Made by a program: the position numbers and the translations under genes
Assembly (NCBI GenBank): GCA_964515785.1
Contig: CAZEWH010000001.1
Span: forward strand, 11,730-75,729
DNA: 64,000 nt
Origin: an uncultured Gammaproteobacteria bacterium
Lineage (GTDB): Bacteria > Patescibacteriota > Patescibacteriia > UBA1558 > GWA2-36-10
Reading direction: 5' to 3'
The notes under the pieces: model-generated
What the model saw: only the letters and a program-made list of their open reading frames with translations
Database searches by the model: none
What the model was told of the DNA's origin: nothing
Shown here: positions 59,831 through 64,000 of the stretch, piece by piece
How the letters are laid out: every line of letters begins with the position of its first letter
How positions within the stretch are numbered: position 1 is the first letter of the stretch

Positions 59831-61477
59831 TTATTCTTCTTCTACTTCTTCTTCATCTCCTATTATTTCAATAGTAGAAGTTGTTGTGCTAGAGAGTAAT
59901 GAAGTATCAATTGTAGTAATGATTTCTCGATCTTCATCAACTACTTGATCAGATCCTAAAATAACCAAAAAGTCTAATTGTTCATATTCACCTTCGTCAT
60001 CCAGAATTTGCCAATTGGATGTAATGACAGCATTAGTATATTCTAGAGGAATATTGTCACTAGTTTTAGTATTAAAGATTGCCTCTAAAGATTTTTTAGT
60101 CTGAGGTTTGTCATTAGTATAATTATAGATGATTGTGCTGATTTTGTCTTGTGTATCAGCATTACCATAACGCAAAATATTATAACCCATTTGATTTAGA
60201 TGGTTGACTGCTTTGAGAGCAAGTCCAGGGACCTTAGTACCATTTTGAACAACTAGTTTGGCATTTTCCAAAATACCATGTTCTATTTCAAAAATATTTT
60301 TGATTAATAATTCTATTTGATGGAAATCTCCAGTTACTGGCTGCAAGATATAAGAACCAGATGCTGCAATACCACCACTTAGATAGCCACCAGCCCTATC
60401 ATCTATAGATTGATGAATAATTGTCCCTGTATTGAGATCTTTATTCATATGAACTAGTTTAACTGCTTCCCAGGGTTCTATATCAGTGGTGGTATATTGA
60501 TTAAATAAGGAAAACAAGCTAGTGATTTTTTTTGGATTTATTAATGTATTAAAAGATGTAATTTTGTCTTTGATAGCTAATAAGATTTTTTGTTGTCGTT
60601 TTATACGGGCAAAATCAGATCCTTCGCCATTATTGCCATGGCGTGAACGGGCAAAGCGTAAGGCAGTTATACCATCCATTTCCTGTTCTCCAGATTCAAA
60701 AGAAACTTCGCGATATTTATAGTCATAAGTAGGAAATTGAGTGTCAGTAAAACTACGATCAACAGTGATATCTACACCACCAATAGCATCAATTATTTCT
60801 ACAAAGCCATTGAAATCTACAGCAGCAAAATAATGAATTTTCATATTGAAAGTACGTCCTAGTACTTCTTTTATCAGTTCACCACCACTAGTATTTTCTT
60901 CTTGTTGTCCAATAGTATAGATAGAGTTGATTTTTCGATAGTTGCCAGAGCTCAAGGGTACGATCATATCACGAGGTAAAGATATCATAGCAGCTTCTTT
61001 GGTGGATGGTTTAAAACTAGCTATGACTATAGTGTCAGTTAGATATGGACCATTATGTCCTTCGCCACCCATACCCAATAATACAAAATTAATGCGATCT
61101 TCTTTTTCGCCTTGCAAATATTTTTCAGATGGAGAGATGATATGAGTAATTTGTCTGACCAGATAAGAATTTTTGACTCCACCCAAAAAACTATCATTGT
61201 CTTTGGATAAAGCTGTAGAAATTATCAAAAACAAAATTATAAGAATTATAAAAAAGCAGGAAAATTTTTTGCGTTTTCCTGATGATTTTTTTCCGCCAGA
61301 GGCGGATCCGCCTCTGGCGGAGATTACTCTCTTGACTGGTCTGGTTTTGTAAGGTTGATTTTTATTATCTTCTTCTTTCCAGGCCTCATCCAGTAGGTTG
61401 ATTTTTCGTTTTTTAAAATCCGATTTCATACTCAAATAAAGTAAATCAATTATACTAATAGATAGGATAAAAGTCAA
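59831..61477 (-). CDS. LytR-CpsA-Psr (LCP) family cell-envelope phosphotransferase
   Basis: 548 aa; N-terminal TM; LCP core with conserved Arg/Asp; C-terminal LytR_C-like domain. Confidence 0.85.
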   Translation of the reverse strand: MTFILSISIIDLLYLSMKSDFKKRKINLLDEAWKEEDNKNQPYKTRPVKRVISARGGSASGGKKSSGKRKKFSCFFIILIILFLIISTALSKDNDSFLGGVKNSYLVRQITHIISPSEKYLQGEKEDRINFVLLGMGGEGHNGPYLTDTIVIASFKPSTKEAAMISLPRDMIVPLSSGNYRKINSIYTIGQQEENTSGGELIKEVLGRTFNMKIHYFAAVDFNGFVEIIDAIGGVDITVDRSFTDTQFPTYDYKYREVSFESGEQEMDGITALRFARSRHGNNGEGSDFARIKRQQKILLAIKDKITSFNTLINPKKITSLFSLFNQYTTTDIEPWEAVKLVHMNKDLNTGTIIHQSIDDRAGGYLSGGIAASGSYILQPVTGDFHQIELLIKNIFEIEHGILENAKLVVQNGTKVPGLALKAVNHLNQMGYNILRYGNADTQDKISTIIYNYTNDKPQTKKSLEAIFNTKTSDNIPLEYTNAVITSNWQILDDEGEYEQLDFLVILGSDQVVDEDREIITTIDTSLLSSTTTSTIEIIGDEEEVEEE

Positions 61478-61560
61478 TGATTATCGGTCAGATATGCTAT
61501 TTGCTTTTAATTTTGGCATTGTGTATAATGAACTTTGTAAAACTAATTTTTAAGTAAAAT

Positions 61561-62205
61561 TTGGACATGGAATCCAAGCTAAAAAATAAACAGACAGACA
61601 GCAAAAATTCTATGTCAGAAGATGACTTTGATATGAGTCATTTTTCTGATAAAGGGGAAAGTATGGCTACTTCTTGGGCAAAACGATTTGGTTTGTTGGT
61701 GTTTGAAATAGTTAAAGTTGTTTTGATATCTTTGGCTATTATTTTACCGATTCGTCTGTGGTTGGTTCAACCATTTTATGTTGAAGGTGCTTCTATGGAG
61801 CCAAGTTTTTATGATAGTGAGTATTTGATCATAAATGAAATATCTTATCGTTTTGAGGATCCTGAGCGTGGTCAAGTTATTATTTTTAAAAATCCTCAAA
61901 ATACCAAAGTTTATTTTATCAAACGAGTAATAGGCTTGCCAGGAGAGACCATTGAAATAAAACAAGGCAATGTTTTTATCAATAATGAATTGATCGAGGA
62001 AACATATATTGAAAATTTTTCTACTCAAAGCAATCAACCCGTTACTTTGGATGATGATGAATATTTTGTCATGGGTGACAATCGGACCAATAGTCATGAT
62101 TCTCGTAATATTGGCCCAATTAAAAAACAACATATCATTGGAAAGGTTTGGTTTAGGGGCTGGCCTTTAGATAGAATCAATACTTTTAATTTACCTATTT
62201 ATTAA
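61561..62205 (+). CDS. lepB: signal peptidase I
   Basis: 214 aa; S26 motifs GASMEPS (Ser nucleophile), KRVIGLPGE (Lys), GDNRTNSHDSR. Confidence 0.85.
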   Translation: MDMESKLKNKQTDSKNSMSEDDFDMSHFSDKGESMATSWAKRFGLLVFEIVKVVLISLAIILPIRLWLVQPFYVEGASMEPSFYDSEYLIINEISYRFEDPERGQVIIFKNPQNTKVYFIKRVIGLPGETIEIKQGNVFINNELIEETYIENFSTQSNQPVTLDDDEYFVMGDNRTNSHDSRNIGPIKKQHIIGKVWFRGWPLDRINTFNLPIY

Positions 62206-62209
62206 AACT

Positions 62210-63517
62210 ATGGCTAAACAAAGTAAAATTCAATTAGTCAAAGGCATGAAAGATATCTTGCCTGACGAGCAATTATTATGGAATATTATTAGAGATAGCG
62301 TAAAATCTTTTGCTCATAGCTATGGTTTTTCTAGAATCGATACCCCAATAGTTGAATTTACCAATTTATTTAAAAGAACAGTTGGCGAAAGCACAGATAT
62401 CGTTAGTAAAGAAATGTATTCTTTTGTAGCACCAGGCGGTGACAAGTTATCACTACGCCCAGAGTCTACTGCTTCAGTAGTTAGAGCTTATATAGAGCAT
62501 GGCATGCTCAATCTACCTCAACCAGTCAAACTTTTCTATATTGGACCTCAGTTTAGACATGATAAACCACAGGCTGGTCGTTATCGACAATTTTGGCAAT
62601 TTGGTTTTGAATCTTTAGGTAGTGATGAACCAGTGATTGATGCCCAGCTTATAGCTATTTCTTATAAAATAGTAAAAGAGCTTGGTTTGGATGTTGAGAT
62701 ACAGATAAATAGTGTTGGTGACAAAGAATGTCGTCCTCAATATATCAAAGTATTAAAAACATATTATCAAAGTTATAAAAAAGATCTTTGTAAAGATTGT
62801 CAGAATCGTATTACAAAAAATACTTTACGTTTATTAGATTGTAAAAATAAAAAGTGTCAGGAATTAGCTGATCAAGCACCTCAAATAGTTGATCATCTTT
62901 CAGATTCCTGCAAAGAGCATTTTATGATGGTTTTAGAATATCTTGATGAGATGGATGTTGTTTACAATCTCAATCACAAGATTGTCAGGGGATTAGATTA
63001 TTATACTCGGACTGCTTGGGAAATTATGACTACTGGTGATGAAGGTAAATTACATGCTATCGGTGGTGGTGGACGCTATGACGAGTTGGTGAGTATCTTG
63101 GGTGGTCGTTCGATACCAGCAGTAGGTTTTGCTATGGGTATTGAGCGTATCTTACTAAAACTTCAAGAAGCCAAGATAAATTTTGACAAACCAAAAGACT
63201 ATGATGTCTATGTAGCTCAACTTGGTATAGAGCCACGCAAAAAAGCTCTAAAATTATTTGATGATTTACGTATCAATGGATTTAGAGTAACAGCTGATAT
63301 GTCCAAAAAAGGCCTCAAAGATCAGATGGACATTGCCAATAAAAGAGGAGTACCTTATACATTGATATTGGGTCAAAAAGAAATTTCTGATGAAACAGTC
63401 TTACTTAGAGACATGGAATCTGGTGTCCAAGAAGTCTTTGATTACAAAAAAATCAAGACAGAACTCAAAAAACGCTTAGCCAATCAAGAAGTCAAGATCA
63501 TAAAAACCAAAAAATAA
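62210..63517 (+). CDS. hisS: histidyl-tRNA synthetase
   Basis: 435 aa; class II motifs, HisA/HisB signatures, anticodon-binding domain. Confidence 0.95.
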   Translation: MAKQSKIQLVKGMKDILPDEQLLWNIIRDSVKSFAHSYGFSRIDTPIVEFTNLFKRTVGESTDIVSKEMYSFVAPGGDKLSLRPESTASVVRAYIEHGMLNLPQPVKLFYIGPQFRHDKPQAGRYRQFWQFGFESLGSDEPVIDAQLIAISYKIVKELGLDVEIQINSVGDKECRPQYIKVLKTYYQSYKKDLCKDCQNRITKNTLRLLDCKNKKCQELADQAPQIVDHLSDSCKEHFMMVLEYLDEMDVVYNLNHKIVRGLDYYTRTAWEIMTTGDEGKLHAIGGGGRYDELVSILGGRSIPAVGFAMGIERILLKLQEAKINFDKPKDYDVYVAQLGIEPRKKALKLFDDLRINGFRVTADMSKKGLKDQMDIANKRGVPYTLILGQKEISDETVLLRDMESGVQEVFDYKKIKTELKKRLANQEVKIIKTKK

Positions 63518-63530
63518 TTATTACAATAAA

Positions 63531-63560
63531 AACAACCCCGCCGTTGGCGGGGTTGTTTTA
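63531..63560 (+). terminator. intrinsic terminator AACAACCCCGCC-GTT-GGCGGGGTTGTT + T-run
   Basis: 12-bp GC stem then TTTTA. Confidence 0.8.
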
Positions 63561-63678
63561 AACACATTGACTTTTGTTTTAAAATCTGTCATTATGATAG
63601 TAGGAATTTTCACTTTTAGGGTGTGATTCTTTGGATATAATTATTTAAATTTAAAATATAGAAAGAGAGGTGGAAATA

Positions 63679-63924
63679 GTGTTGGAAGTCAAAAGAAAAG
63701 ATGGAGAATCATTTGAAAGTCTGATTCGTAGGTTTACTAAAAAGACTATCCAAAGCGGCAAAATTTTACAAGCAAAAAAAGTAAGATTTTTTAACAAAGA
63801 TAAGAGTAAAAGAGCCCAAAAAGAAGGGGCTCTTCGCCGCAGGAACATTAGTTCAAAAATGGATTATATGAAAAAAATTGGCAAATTAGATGAATTTGCT
63901 TTGAGACGACGTAAAAGAAGATAG
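63679..63924 (+). CDS. rpsU: 30S ribosomal protein S21
   Basis: basic about 80-aa protein; S21-like; GTG/TTG start region 63670-63682 with GAGAGGTGG RBS-like sequence (start codon uncertain). Confidence 0.65.
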   Translation: MLEVKRKDGESFESLIRRFTKKTIQSGKILQAKKVRFFNKDKSKRAQKEGALRRRNISSKMDYMKKIGKLDEFALRRRKRR

Positions 63925-64000
63925 TCGTTGTATTTATTTTTATAAAAGATGTCCTTACAACAAGATATTGATAATAATTTAGTACAAGCATTAAAAGAAA

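Overview
The window is a low-GC (about one third G+C), gene-dense stretch of a reduced bacterial genome. Almost all genes are on the + strand with short or overlapping intergenic gaps. No rRNA, tRNA or CRISPR array is present. The gene content and compaction suggest a Candidate-Phyla-Radiation/Patescibacteria-like organism, but that is an inference.

Recognisable housekeeping genes, in order: folC-like and dprA (minus strand), ileS, recO, tgt, a ClpC/ClpB-like AAA+ ATPase, glyQS, an M16 peptidase, an AI-2E transporter, rsmI, metG, cvpA, tatD, rmuC, a complete F1Fo ATP synthase operon (atpZ-B-E-F-H-A-G-D-C), a UvrD-type helicase fused to a Cas4-like PD-(D/E)xK nuclease, pheST, gyrB, secE-nusG-rplK-rplA, pepA, then pth, der and an LCP-family protein on the minus strand, lepB, hisS and rpsU.

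Two sequence-level habits of the host are reproducible across the window. Promoters sit very close to the sigma70 consensus (TTGACA-N17-TATAAT-like) and intrinsic terminators are clean GC hairpins followed by T-runs. Host genes almost never carry a Shine-Dalgarno sequence.

Against that background, three small GC-rich (~50% GC) insertions stand out, and every gene in them has a canonical AGGAGG-type RBS:
- 3108-4742: two membrane proteins.
- 17474-18230: an excisionase-family HTH gene followed by a head-to-tail array of three GC-rich promoter-hairpin-terminator mini-cassettes on the minus strand.
- 54655-55773: a divergent three-gene module with a palindromic operator spanning both -35 boxes.

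Two further orphan promoter-structured RNA-terminator cassettes lie in the convergent pepA/pth gap (57375-57700). One more lies at 4760-4936 and reuses the terminator hairpin of the third cassette (U3) at 17xxx.

The window also carries several families of GC-rich palindromic intergenic repeats. Other notable genes are tandem Cys-rich type IV pilin-like paralogues, a ClpC-like protein with an N-terminal DnaJ-type zinc finger plus TM helices and a degenerate first ATPase module, a minimal beta-carbonic-anhydrase-like gene behind atpC, and a very AT-rich leaderless membrane-protein gene.

The most likely novel system is the excisionase-linked small-RNA cassette array, together with its relatives elsewhere in the window.
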